Assembly (NCBI GenBank): GCA_964016885.1
Contig: CAXHJY010001117.1
Span: 124,001-188,000 of the forward strand
Direction: 5' to 3'
DNA from: Eledone cirrhosa
Lineage: Eukaryota
DNA length: 64,000 nucleotides
Below are positions 15,602-34,101 of this stretch, one piece after another. The translations under genes were made by a program, and so were the position numbers. Every line of letters begins with the position of its first letter. Position 1 is the stretch's first letter. The notes beneath the pieces are model-generated. The model did no database searches, was not told where the DNA came from, and saw only the letters and a program-made list of their open reading frames with translations.

Positions 15602-15950
15602 ACATTTATAAAGAAGTTATTACATAAATCTTTTTACCAAAACAAACACTTCGGAATATATATATATATATATATATATCTGTACGTATGTATATTCAAC
15701 ATTTCAACCCCATCAACGATTCAATATTATTCTTAAATATTATATATATATATATATATGTATATGTCATATATATATATATATAAATATGTATATATAT
15801 ATATATATAAATATGTATATATATATATATATATATATATTTGTCGTGCAAGGTTTTTGATATGAAATCGTGTGTCGAAACAAATATTCTTATACTGATG
15901 GTGTCACAGATGTGTGATGATTAAGTTTGATAGACTATATATACATAATA

Positions 15951-16090
15951 GTCCAGAATTAGCCGTCGAAACGGCTTGAGCTCAGCTGTCGGGGTCTTAC
16001 TGGTTCCTATTACCCACTCTACTACCTCAAGTATTGAGTACTTTGGTGCGTTATGGTCCACCTGGTTCCTTACCACATTTCCTTCGTTAT
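15951..16090 (+). mobile_element. Short repeat family GTCCAGAATTAGCCGTCGAAACGGC... (single arm)
   Basis: Essentially identical to 31070-31208; related to 44232-44673. Confidence 0.8.
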
Positions 16091-16274
16091 TACATATATA
16101 TATATATATCTGTATTTATAACCACTGGCCAATCAATGATAAACATTGATTGCCAAATAAATTAACTACGGAGATATAAAAGATACAGAAGCGAAAACCA
16201 ACCGAAACCAAACAGTGAGTGTGTTCTGTTTTTATTTATGTTATAACAATATGATCCTCCCTATCACCATTTTC

Positions 16275-16425
16275 ATCATTTCATTTTACGTCCGCTTTTC
16301 CCTGCTTGCAAGGGTGGGACGGGAACTGATTCTGGCTTGATTTCTACAGCTGGATGCCCTTCCTAACACCAACCTCATTTACAGTGAGTGCTGGGTGCTT
16401 TTTGCCGTGGCACCTTACACGTCCA
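16275..16425 (-). mobile_element. SINE-like repeat fragment
   Basis: Motif TTTCTACAGCTGGATGCCCTTCCTAACACCAACC, recalled as common in invertebrate SINE/RTE-related repeats. Confidence 0.45.
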
Positions 16426-16469
16426 CTCTGCAGATGATAGGGACCCCAGTCCCTATCATCTCACTTCTA

Positions 16470-16596
16470 GCTGAGTAAACTGGAGAAATGTGAAATAAAG
16501 CGTTTTGCTCAATGAAACAACACATCACCCGGTCTGAGAATTGAACTCACAACCTTTCGATTGCGAGACCAATGCTGTAACCACTAAGCCATGTGC
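16470..16596 (-). mobile_element. tRNA-derived SINE head with CORE/V-like domain
   Basis: Reverse complement: A box TGGCTTAGTGG, B box GAGTTCAATTC, then TTGAGCAAAACGCTTTATTTCAC. Confidence 0.65.
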
Positions 16597-21403
<4,807 letters not shown>

Positions 21404-21497
21404 ACATCTACACTATTTGATCTTAAAGGGTCCTATTTCACACTAACTCAATTTTATGATTTGTAAACCTAATTCATGTCTTTCAAACATTATTTTG

Positions 21498-21810
21498 CTG
21501 CGGTAGAGGGTCGGACGCCATTCTTTCCAGCATAGTTATGGCCCTTTATGGGTCCGAGTTCAAATCCCGTCGAGATTAACTTTGCCTTTCATCCTTACGG
21601 GGTCGATAAAATAAAGTACCAGTAATGTACTAGGTAATTTACTGGCCTTGTGCCAAAAGTTGAAAATTATTTTGCTGAAGTACTAGTAGTGTACTGGGTA
21701 TTGCTGGCCTTGTGCCAAAAGTAGAAACAATTATTTTGCTGAAGTACCAGTAATGTACTGGTTATTTGCTGGCCGTGTGCCAAAAGTAGAAGCAATTATG
21801 TTGCTGAACA
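21498..21810 (+). mobile_element. tRNA-derived SINE with Meta-like core and triplicated tail
   Basis: B box GAGTTCAAATCCC; core TTTGCCTTTCATCCTTACGGGGTCGATAAAATAAAGTACCAG; tail CTGGCCTTGTGCCAAAAGT repeated three times. Confidence 0.75.
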
Positions 21811-22496
21811 GACCTTGATATTTCTACAGAGGTGGGGTGGGAGGGGTGTATTTTATAAACACAGCGACTACGAGAACTTTTACGTACCACATGTAGCCTC
21901 CATTCGGAACTATGGCACCCACTTATCTCAAAAATCGTCATTGGCTCATGTTGAACGAGAATTTTACAAAGCTCCTACTAATTGTGAAATAGCAGCCGTT
22001 CTATCTGGAACAGTAGAAAATAGTTGAGCTCATTGTGTGATTGATTTCAAGGTCAATTTAAACTATAATAAAGTAAGGAGTGCGGGACTGCGTCCAGAAT
22101 GTGTTTTATTATCCCGTATGTAAAATAAGTTGGATTACTTTGAATAAATAATGAATGAATATTACATAATTTATCTACTAACTTTCGTTATTCTTGATTA
22201 AATGTAAATGATTTTGTTGCTTATTTTAAGATTCACTTCTTTAAAATTAGCAAATGTCAATACTCCCGGTTAGCGATCGCTTTTCCGTCACTAATTTTTC
22301 TCCTAAGGCAATTTATATATAATATCGTCTTTTCTTAATATATCATGGATTACGTTACTGATTACATAAAACGATGTAACGCCGTCTACGTTCAATTTCT
22401 GTGTATATTGTCAATTACGATTTTATTTGATGTATCATAACTACATGCATATATACTTGCGTATAATATCAATATGTATACCACACATGCTAGAAG

Positions 22497-22528
22497 AAAA
22501 CCACCGGAGGGGTGGTTTTTCTGCTAGT
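22497..22528 (+). mobile_element. Helitron-like 3' terminus
   Basis: Hairpin AAAACCACC-GGAGG-GGTGGTTTT followed 4 nt later by CTAG|T. Confidence 0.55.
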
Positions 22529-22714
22529 ATTATGTAATACAAGAATTATTTTTCAATACGCTGACGAATGTCTGTTTATAAGTGTGTGTATGTAGTTTTT
22601 ACACACAAATGTTGTGCATGTTAGACGCTCTTTTCTGTAGCTTGTCATTCCCTCTTCTTTACTCAGTTATCTCTAGTGCATAACGTTATCACTCCTTCCT
22701 TTCTTAGTTATCTA

Positions 22715-22758
22715 TAGTGTGTGACGGACGGACGGCAATCTCTCACATTTATATATAG
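22715..22758 (-). mobile_element. Helitron-like 5' terminus
   Basis: Reverse complement TCTATATATAAATGTGAGAGATTGCCGTCCGTCCGTC (TC start plus GTCC microsatellite). Confidence 0.45.
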
Positions 22759-23053
22759 AAGCAAGGCCAATTGTTTCGTTTAGGCACGGTTTTATCCATG
22801 CAATGATATAACTAATCGTTGTCATTAGTAAGGAACACATTGACCCAGCTCCCATAGAATGCAACGAGATAACGTGATGGGTTTTGCATCATTGATTTTG
22901 TATCAGAGCTACAGTGTGTAGATGTTGACTGTATATAGACACGGTTTGTTGAGATGTTGACTCTATATAAACGGAATGTCTATATACCGCCCCCTTGTCT
23001 CTGCTTTTCAGCCCCATGGATTTTGTCTATTATATTCCTTTGTTATATTTCGA

Positions 23054-23117
23054 ATACCTGATGATGTCACCGGATTCATACTGAACCCGGTCACTGAAAT
23101 GATCATAGTATAATAAA
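23054..23117 (+). ncRNA. Type I hammerhead ribozyme followed by AATAAA
   Basis: Stem I ATAC/GTAT; CTGATGA 23058-23064; long stem II (ACCGG..TTCA TAC TGAA..CCGGT); GAAA 23096-23099; palindromic ATGATCAT; AUA triplet ending 23107. Confidence 0.75.
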
Positions 23118-23175
23118 CCTTTTAATGAATTACACCAGTCCAGCCTCCTGTTATTTTATAATATATATATATATA

Positions 23176-23263
<88 letters not shown>

Positions 23264-23464
23264 TGTGTGTGTGTGTATGCGTAAGTGTGTGTGTGTATGC
23301 GTAAGTGTGTGTGTGTATGCGTAAGTGTGTGTGTGTATGCGTAAGTGTGTGTGTGTATGCGTAAGTGTGTGTGTGTATGCGTAAGTGTGTGTGTGTATGC
23401 GTAAGTGTGTGTGTGTATGCGTAAGTGTGTGTGTGTATGCGTAAGTGTGTGTGTGTATGCGTAA

Positions 23465-23560
<96 letters not shown>

Positions 23561-23564
23561 GTGC

Positions 23565-23681
<117 letters not shown>

Positions 23682-23831
23682 AAGTATTTCCGTTGGAAAG
23701 GTACAGGAAAAAAGAGTGCTCTATGCAGGCTATACAGCTGAGTTATGTAATAAACAGCATCAGATAATTATTTCATTTACCGGTGGTTTCTTGAAGGCAG
23801 ATGGTATGTCTGTCTATATATATGTATATAT

Positions 23832-23864
<33 letters not shown>

Positions 23865-24009
23865 CATACTCTTTCTACGCTTGCTCATACAGCTCTTTCT
23901 CTCATTACCACCCGATTCTGTTACCCGGAGATTTACCCACCTGCATTGTTGAGGCTTCCAAACGACTATTTTTATTATTCCACAATGCTTCAAAGAAACT
24001 CCAACACTC

Positions 24010-24070
<61 letters not shown>

Positions 24071-24193
24071 GAGGGTGAGTAATATTGTAGAACAATAAAA
24101 CTATGCATATATCAGATAAGAAGCACTCAACAGTTGGTAGAACTGGAGTATATGTTAAAGAAAAAATTAAAAGACGGTTAAAAAAGTTCTATA

Positions 24194-24263
24194 TATTTTA
24201 TTATGCGCATTTTGAAAACAACATCCTCCTGGGACAAAACTTGTGTTCTCATCAGATAAAATA
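24194..24263 (-). ncRNA. Inactivated type I hammerhead (G12 to A)
   Basis: Reverse complement: TATTTTAT CTGATGA GAACACAA...TTGTTTTC AAAA TGCGCA TA ATAAAATA; 8-bp stem I, palindromic stem III, AAAA in place of GAAA. Confidence 0.7.
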
Positions 24264-24474
24264 AGGTAACATATGAGGCCTAAAAACACTTGTCAACAAG
24301 AAAGTGTCCAGCTTACATATGACAAAAATATGCGAGTAAGAGATAAAATAGGAAAAATGAAGAAAAGGAAAGAAGAAAGAAACAGGAAAAAGAAATAGAA
24401 GAGAGGAAAAAAGGAAAAAAGAAAGAAGGCAGAGAGAGAAAGAGAAAGATATATATATATATATATGTATAAAT

Positions 24475-24513
<39 letters not shown>

Positions 24514-24929
24514 GAGAGTGTGTGTGTAGATGTTGACAGTATGTATAGACACGAGGTAGAAAATATAGATTTTGTTATATATAAAGTTTTAAAAATGTTG
24601 GGGTGAGAAGGAAATTTATTGTATCAACCACAGACTGTTATACGTTGAAAATGACAGGATTTTAACTGAGAACCTAATGAACCGAAAAGACCTGGGCTAA
24701 GAATTTGTTCGCCTCGCTAAAATGTCTGTACACCCAGCCCCCTAACTTGGGGTCAAGTTTGTCAAAGACACATAACTTTCCTGTGATAATGAATAAGGAA
24801 TGACCACTTTGCTAAAGAAAACGCCTCGCCATCTGGTTTAGGAATCGAACTCAAGAGATTACGTTCATAAACCCACCTTCCTAACCCATGTGATCGACCC
24901 TTTCCGACCTTACCCGTAACGTTGCCACA

Positions 24930-25380
24930 ACCAGCCCCACATTCTAGCGCTGAAATATACATAGAGATGAAACAGACTTGGGAAAGAAATAAATTTTGAA
25001 AGGCCGCTCACAACATTGATCCAACACAGTCTTTACTAAAACTCTCCCCTCCTCAAAATGACGACGAAACCAGCCCCATTCACTAGCCCTGAAATAAGCA
25101 GAGAAGAAAAGGAAATTTGAGAAATAATTTATGAAAGGCCCCTCACAACATTGAGCCAACACAGTCTTTAATTTACAAAGCAAAACTTTCTAAAACTCTC
25201 CCCACACCGAAATGACGACGAAACCGGTCCCATTCACTAGCCCTGAAAGAAGCAGAGAAGGAAAAGAAATTTGAGAAATAATTTATGAAAGGCCCCTCAG
25301 CACACTGAATCAAAAGAGTCTCTGTTGGTGGCTTTCACTTGTGGCATTTTACAAAGCAAAACTTTACTAAAACTCTCTTC
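24930..25380. repeat. Imperfect tandem triplication of a ~140-160 bp unit
   Basis: Recurring CTAGCCCTGAAA...GAAAGGCCCCTCACAACATTGA...AAAACTCTCCCC. Confidence 0.75.
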
Positions 25381-26408
25381 ATTGTGGATATGTCTGTGGG
25401 CATGGGCTGCTCTCAGTCTTATACATATTCCGACAGCTTCTCTCTCTCTCCCTCCCTGTCTCCACGTTTCTCTCTCTCCACATCTGTCTTTCCACGTCTA
25501 TCTCCCCCATTTCTTTCTCCCCTCGTCTCTCACTCTCACTCTCACTCTCTCTCTCTCTCTGTATCTTTCAAACCCCGTCTCTCTCTACCTTTCTCTTTGC
25601 ATATCTCTCTCTCTATCTCTCTCTCTCTCTCTCTCTGTCTCCATGTCTCTCTTTCTCTCACCATTACTCTCTCTCTCTCTCTCTCTCTCTCTATTTCTCC
25701 CTTACTCTTTCTCTCTCTCTCTCTGTGTCTCCCTGCCTCTCTGTCTCCTTGCTTCTCAGTTTCCCTGCTGTGATGTTTTCTAACGCGGAATAGTGTATTG
25801 TCGGTTTCGGCAAACCACAAATTCATGAAGCATAACCCGCTTGTCTCTGCTACTACTCTAAATAGTATAATTTAGGTTGTTAGTGAAGTCAGATGCATCG
25901 AAGCATGAATTGTGAATCACAAGGAGACTAATATACCCAGTGAATATATTCCTTTTGAAACACACCAAATTGAAATTGAAATTGGCTAAGAATTGTCTCG
26001 GAATTTCTGCAGAGAAATTTTCGATGTGAGCGGCTATTTGCTAGTAACTACCACATTCATTTCTAAGGAAAGATCTCTCCAAAGGAGCTTTACTTTACAT
26101 AATTATGCTAATAATAATGACAATAACAACAACAACAACAATAACAATAACAATAACAATAAGAATACTACTACTACCACTACTACTACAACTACTACCG
26201 CCACCACTACTACTACTACCACTACTACTACCACTACTACCACTACCACTACCACTAATAATAATAATAATAATAATAATAATAGTAATATCGATAATGA
26301 TAATTAATTAGATGAGATTAATGGTGTTAATAAAAATTTATATTTAATTATTTTTCTTTCATGATGTCGAGATGAAAGACGTTCGATATGCTAATGGCTG
26401 CCTTTGTA

Positions 26409-26452
<44 letters not shown>

Positions 26453-27084
26453 TGTATGTGTACAATATATATATCTATATATTGTATGTGTATATATATA
26501 TACTATACATTCATTAATATATATATATATACGGAGCAAGAGACGTGTGTACGTCTGACTGGTAGCAACAGCTATTACATCAGAACCTGAACGTTTATAC
26601 GTCTAGTAATGACGAAAACTACTGATCTAACCGTAGGACAGATACCTATTATAGATAGCTCTAGCCTTATCCATACTTGGAATGTGCCCCCGTCGCTGTC
26701 GACGATCACTGCTCAAGTGGTATGATTAACTGAACGGCCTGCTCTTGAATGTAACCTGTGTGTATGAGTAACAATTCGATAGAAGTTAAGGACCAACACA
26801 CTTCCTTGAAGAGGGTCTCTTTTCTGAAGACATTCTACTTCCCAGTTCTCTTGAGACAGTCCTCCTACCACTAATAGTAACTCTCAGGGAGATTCGGTGT
26901 GAGAAATATCGTAACAAGTCTGGAACTTAAGAAAGACAGTCTATCTTGTATTATAGAATACATGGCTGAATATTCCAAGGACGTGTATATATTATAGGGA
27001 ATTCTCAGGAAGATTCAGTATAAGACAGCATAAGACATACCTGTCCATATAATTACAGGTACAGTCTGGCTTATATTATATCAT

Positions 27085-27325
27085 AAAATAAAGTACCAGT
27101 AATACACTGGGATAATTGCTGGCCTTGTGCCAACAGTAGAAACAATTATATCATAAGTGGCCAGCAAATATCCCAGTGTATTACTGGTACCTAGTTTATC
27201 GACCCCGTAAGGATGAAAGGCCGACGTTAACTATGCCTTTCATCCTTACTGGGTCCACAAAATGATGTACCAGTAATACACTAGGGTAATTGATGGCCTT
27301 GTGCCAAAAGTAGAAACAATTATAT
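27085..27325. mobile_element. Three SINE fragments in +/-/+ orientation
   Basis: AAGTACCAGTAATACACTGGG (+), CCCAGTGTATTACTGGTAC...GACCCCGTAAGGATGAAAGGC (-), GCCTTTCATCCTTACTGGGTC...(+). Confidence 0.7.
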
Positions 27326-27407
27326 TATAACTGGCTGAGTATACCGCAGACATAGGTAAACTTAACGTAATTGTTTTGGTATTGCTGAACGACTGATTAC
27401 AATACAG

Positions 27408-27820
27408 ATGACAGCGATGACAATGACGATGATGATGGTGACGATGATGATGGTGATGGTGATGGTGGTGATGGTGGTGATGGTGATGATGGTGATGATG
27501 GTGATGATGGTGTTGATGGTGATGATGGTGGTGATGGTGGTGATGGTGGTGATGGTGATGATGGTGATGATGGTGGTGGTGGTGATGGTGGTGATGGTGG
27601 TGATGGTGGTGATGGTGGTGATGGTGGTGATGGTGGTGATGGTGATGATGGTGATGATGGTGATGATGGTGTTGATGGTGGTGATGGTGGTGATGGTGGT
27701 GATGGTGATGATGGTGGTGATGGTGATGATGGTGATGATGGTGATGATGGTGATGATGGTGATGATGGTGATGATGGTGGTGATGGTGGTGATGGTGGTG
27801 ATGGTGATGATGGTGGTGAC
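27408..27820. repeat. (GAT/GGT)n trinucleotide repeat
   Basis: Direct reading. Confidence 0.95.
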
Positions 27821-28174
27821 GGGAACTCCTTGATGAGGTGTAGCTGTTACAGCGGGTATAACTGGCATTTCTCCTTCGGAATGCTCTCGTCCTTCATTCT
27901 GAGGGACCACAGCCGACTTACCACTCTGACTGAGGTGTAGGATCTGTCTCAACGTTGCCTCCTCTCATTCGTTGGTATGGTATAGTATGGTATGGTATAG
28001 TATGGTCCCGTAACACCTGATAAGGTGGTAGGGGCGCCGTATTGACATGCGATACCTGGTGGAGCCCAACCCTCTCCAAGCCTACATATATATAATATAT
28101 ATATCTACTTATATATATATATATCTACCTATATATATACATCTACACATATATATATATATATATATCTACAC

Positions 28175-28205
<31 letters not shown>

Positions 28206-28237
28206 ATCTATATATATATACATATATATATCTACAC

Positions 28238-28268
<31 letters not shown>

Positions 28269-28284
28269 ATCTATATATATATAC

Positions 28285-28357
<73 letters not shown>

Positions 28358-28437
28358 TCTACATATATATATATATACATATATCTACATATATATATAT
28401 ATACATATATCTACATATATATATATATATATATATC

Positions 28438-28483
<46 letters not shown>

Positions 28484-28533
28484 TCTACATATATATATAT
28501 ATCTACATATATATATATATATATATCTACATA

Positions 28534-28648
<115 letters not shown>

Positions 28649-28736
28649 TTATATCTACATATGTATATCTATATATTTCTACATATATATCTATCTATAT
28701 ATATATATATATATCTACATATATATATATCTATAC

Positions 28737-28768
<32 letters not shown>

Positions 28769-28820
28769 CTACATATATATATATCTATATATATATATCT
28801 ACATATATATATATCTATAC

Positions 28821-28857
<37 letters not shown>

Positions 28858-28874
28858 TACATATATATATCTGC

Positions 28875-28912
<38 letters not shown>

Positions 28913-28916
28913 CTAC

Positions 28917-28956
<40 letters not shown>

Positions 28957-29054
28957 CTACATATATATATATACATATACATATATATATATACATATAC
29001 ATATATATATATACATATATATATATACATATATACATATACATATACATATAC

Positions 29055-29096
<42 letters not shown>

Positions 29097-29434
29097 CTAT
29101 ATATATATATCTACATATATATATATATATATACACATATATATATACATATATATATATACATATACATATATATATATATATATATATATCTACATAT
29201 ATATATATATATATACACATATATATATACATATATATATATACATATACATATACATATACATATATATACATATACATATACATATATATACATATAT
29301 ATATATATATATACATATATAGATATATACATATATATATAGATATATATATATATATAGATATATATATATATATAGAGAGAGAGATATAGAATGACAG
29401 AGAGGAAATGAGAAAGATATATAGAAGAATAATC

Positions 29435-29588
29435 AACCCCAGTAGTAGATTGGTACTTTTTTATCGACCTCCAAGTGATTAAGGCAAAGTTAACCTCGGC
29501 GGGATTTGAACTCAAAGGGCAGAAAGCCGAAACGAATACTATAAAGCATTCTATCACACATTTCAACAACTCTGGCAATTCACCGCCT
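29435..29588 (-). mobile_element. tRNA-derived SINE (Meta-like core)
   Basis: Reverse complement GGCGGTGAATTGCCAGAG...GAGTTCAAATCCCGCCGAGGTTAACTTTGCC...GTCGATAAAAAAGTACC. Confidence 0.7.
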
Positions 29589-29679
29589 AAGAATTCCTTA
29601 TATATTTTCTTTATTATTTTACATTTATCGGAAGCCATAACTTTTTATTCGTATAGCTACCTTTATTTCGGATAATCGA

Positions 29680-29937
29680 GGGATTTTCAGAAAGGATTTA
29701 CAGAAGGGATTTACAGAAAGGATTTACAGAAAGGATTTTCAGACAGCATTTTAAGAAAGGATTTTCAGAAAGAACTTTTAGAATGGATTTTAAGAAAGGA
29801 TTTACAGAAAGGATTTTCAGACAGCATTTTAAGAAAGGATTTTCAGAAAGAACTTTTAGAATGATTTTCAGAAAGGATTTTCAGAAAGGATTTTCAGAAA
29901 AGATTTGAAGAAAGGAATTTCAGAAAGGATTTGAAGA
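29680..29937. repeat. 13-bp minisatellite AGAAAGGATTTTC
   Basis: Direct reading. Confidence 0.9.
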
Positions 29938-30147
29938 TATTCCTGTAGAAAGCGAAAAAAAAACGAACATCAAAATATATATGACACTACTTACTCATGG
30001 TGTTTCATTTGTGTCTACATAGACATGTCGTAAACCAATGACGTGACGTCATCCGATATAGTGACGTCATATCTAGTCATACACAAACGTGCGCAAATAC
30101 CGTACTTTTACACACACACACACATACATATATATATATAAATATAC

Positions 30148-30188
<41 letters not shown>

Positions 30189-30262
30189 AAGAGAGGGAGA
30201 GAATACATATTCATGCATACATATATGTGTCATATTTTTCGCACTCCATTTCTCTGTACACT

Positions 30263-30294
<32 letters not shown>

Positions 30295-30324
30295 TCAAAC
30301 ACACACACACACACACATATATAT

Positions 30325-30447
30325 ATATTAAAATAACAGATTAAAGGATTAAGAAAAATCGCTGCTTTCACCCTTAACGGGATCTTCGGAAACTAAAAAA
30401 AAATATATCGAGCCTCCTCTGGATTTAGTCATATAATTTATTATTAT

Positions 30448-30495
<48 letters not shown>

Positions 30496-30616
30496 ATAAT
30501 AATAAATGAGATGACTAAATCCAAAGGAGGCTCGATAGATTTTTTTTTAGTTTCCGAAGATCCCGTTAAGGGTGAAAGCAGCGATTTTTCTTAATCCTTT
30601 AATCTGTTATTTTAAT
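30325..30616. mobile_element. Inverted repeat (~125-bp arms) around a (TA)n core; Penelope-like end family
   Basis: Arms near-perfectly complementary; contains CCGAAGATCCCGTTAAGGGTGAAA (30554-30577); relatives at ~2030-2255 and ~38948-39090. Confidence 0.75.
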
Positions 30617-30624
30617 ATATATAT

Positions 30625-30785
<161 letters not shown>

Positions 30786-30848
30786 CATATATATATATAC
30801 ACATATATATATATACACATATATATATATACACATATATATATATAC

Positions 30849-30927
<79 letters not shown>

Positions 30928-30932
30928 CATAT

Positions 30933-30997
<65 letters not shown>

Positions 30998-31006
30998 TAT
31001 ATATAT

Positions 31007-31208
31007 ATAGGAACCAGTAAGACCCCGACAGCTGAGCTCAAGCCGTTTCGACGGCTAATTCTGGACTCAGTCCAGAATTAGCCGTCGAAACGGCTTGAGC
31101 TCAGCTGTCGGGGTCTTACTGGTTCCTATTACCCACTCTACTACCTCAAGTATTGAGTACTTTGGTGCGTTATGGTCCACCTGGTTCCTTACCACATTTC
31201 CTTCGTTA
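31007..31208. mobile_element. Perfect palindrome (61-bp arms, centre 31068) plus 3' extension
   Basis: ATAGGAACC...CTGGACT c AGTCCAG...GGTTCCTAT, flanked by TA microsatellite. Confidence 0.9.
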
Positions 31209-31233
31209 TATATATATATATATATATATATTC

Positions 31234-31271
<38 letters not shown>

Positions 31272-31355
31272 GCATATATATATATACATATATATATATA
31301 TGCATATATATATATATATATGCATATATATATATACATATATATATATATAAGC

Positions 31356-31387
<32 letters not shown>

Positions 31388-31714
31388 GCATATATATATA
31401 TATATATATGCATATATATATATATATATGCATATATATATTTATATATATATATATACATATATGCATATATATATATATATATGCATATATATATTTA
31501 TATATATATATATACATATATGCATATATATATATATATATATGCATATATATATTTATATATATATATATACATATATGCATATATATATATATATATA
31601 TGCATATATATATTTATACATATATATATATATGTATATATATATATGCATATATATATTTATATATATATACATATATATATATATGTATATATATATA
31701 TGCATATATATATT

Positions 31715-31793
<79 letters not shown>

Positions 31794-31960
31794 GCATATA
31801 TATATTTATATATATATACATATATATATATGTATATATATATATGCATATATATATTTATATATATATACATATATATATATGTATATATATATATGCA
31901 TATATATATTTATATATATATACATATATATATGTATATATATATATGCATATATATATT

Positions 31961-32017
<57 letters not shown>

Positions 32018-32359
32018 GCATATATATATTTATATATATATACATATATATATATGTATATATATATATGCATATATATATTTATATATATATACATATA
32101 TATATATGTATATATATATATGCATATATATATTTATATATATATACATATATATATGTATATATATATATGCATATATATATTTATATATATATACATA
32201 TATATATGTATATATATATATGCATATATATATTTATATATATATATACATATATGTATATATATATACATATATATATATACATATATATATACATATA
32301 TATATATACATATATATATTTATACATATATATATATATATATATATACATATATATAC

Positions 32360-32391
<32 letters not shown>

Positions 32392-32893
32392 ACATATATA
32401 TATATACATATACATATACATATATACATATATATATATACATATACATATATATATACATATATATATATACATATACATATATATATACATATACATA
32501 TATATACATATACATATATATATACATATACATATATATACATATATATACATATATATATATATATACATATATATACATATATATATATATATACATA
32601 TATATACATATATATATATATATACATATATACGGAGGAGGTTATAGTTCACTTGAAGCATTGTGTAATGAGGTATAAACGTTAGAATATGTGTAATAAG
32701 GCCAAGACAATGCAGATATGGACATAGAAAAAAGAATGCAATAGTGAGAGATATTGATGAGAATTCGTCTTTCACCTTGAATTTATTTAAATGTCCTTAA
32801 TTTTCGAGATAATATCTCTTCTTCGGAGGGAAGTAAAAGTCTCAGACCATGGCTTCATTAGTAATTTAAAGACGCTGGTCTGAGACTTTTACT

Positions 32894-33908
32894 CATCATC
32901 TATATTAATGACATCACTGACATCATCAAACACAGCAACATTAAAATTTTCGCTGATGATTCCAAGCTCCAAAAGGTCATCAATGGCGTGGATGACCGAT
33001 AAGCCTTCAGTCAGACCTACTGGCTGTTACCCAATGGGCAGAAAAGAACAACATGTTACTGAACTAAGACAAATTCGAACTGATCCACTTTGGAAAAGAG
33101 GATGCTCTGAAACTCCCGTACTCCCTTCCCTCCGGGGAAACTCTCGTGGCATCTAACAACATCAGAGACTTGGGAGTAACCGTGGACAGCAACATAAGCT
33201 GGACCACGCATATAAGCAGCAAAGTTGACATGGCCCGCAGAATGTGTTCCTGGATCCTCAGAACCTTCCAGTCGAGAGATTCCCGCACCATTATCCTTCT
33301 CTTCTCTACTTTCGCCCGACCACACCTTGAATACTGTTGTCCACTGTGGTCTCCCCACACGAAACAAAGTATCATGAAACTTGAAGCTCCTCAAAGGGCA
33401 ATCACGAAAAAGATAGATGGCATGTCAGACCTTGACTACTGGGGTCGATTAGTAAACCTGAAACTTTACTCACTCCAACGTCGCCGTGAGCGTTATATTA
33501 TCTGCATGATGTGGAAAATGTTCCATCATCACTGCCCAAATGATGTTGGCATCGCCTTCAAGATACACCCAAGGCTTGGGCCCCGTGCTATCCGTCCCAT
33601 TCAAAAATCTAAATCGCAACTCATAACAACAATACGGCACAATTATTTCACCTCAATCGGCCCTGCTCTCTTCAACATCACACCAGGACACGTCAAAACA
33701 GAAACTGACCACACAAAATTCAAGAAGTCTTTGGACAAATTCCTCCAAGTAATCCCGGACAACCACCCACACCCGATATGTCTCCGCAAACAGTAATTCT
33801 CTTCTCGAATGGGCCATGGTGCCCAAATCCTGAATTGAAAGACTTCGCCAGGTGGTGCTATTAAGTTAGACATGGCCTGGGCCAATACTGGCCAAAACAT
33901 TCAAAGTT
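32894..33908 (+). mobile_element. 5'-truncated, disrupted CR1/L2-group LINE 3' end (copy 1)
   Basis: IIYINDIT...IFADDSKL (RT motif), then stops/frameshifts, then RDLGVTVD...RPHLEYCCPLWSP...LYSLQRRRER...FKKSLDKFL. Confidence 0.85.
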
Positions 33909-33955
33909 ATATATATATACATATATACATATATATATACATATATATATATATT

Positions 33956-33988
<33 letters not shown>

Positions 33989-34031
33989 CATATATATACA
34001 TATATATATATACATATATATATATATATTC

Positions 34032-34101
<70 letters not shown>

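Noticed and set aside
27362-27952. 196-aa Thr/Ile-rich ORF
   Set aside because: Mostly GAT/GGT trinucleotide repeat; the adjacent GC-richer 27820-28085 segment may be a LINE remnant but could not be assigned
32953-32959. CTGATGA
   Set aside because: Simply the codons of the LINE FADD motif
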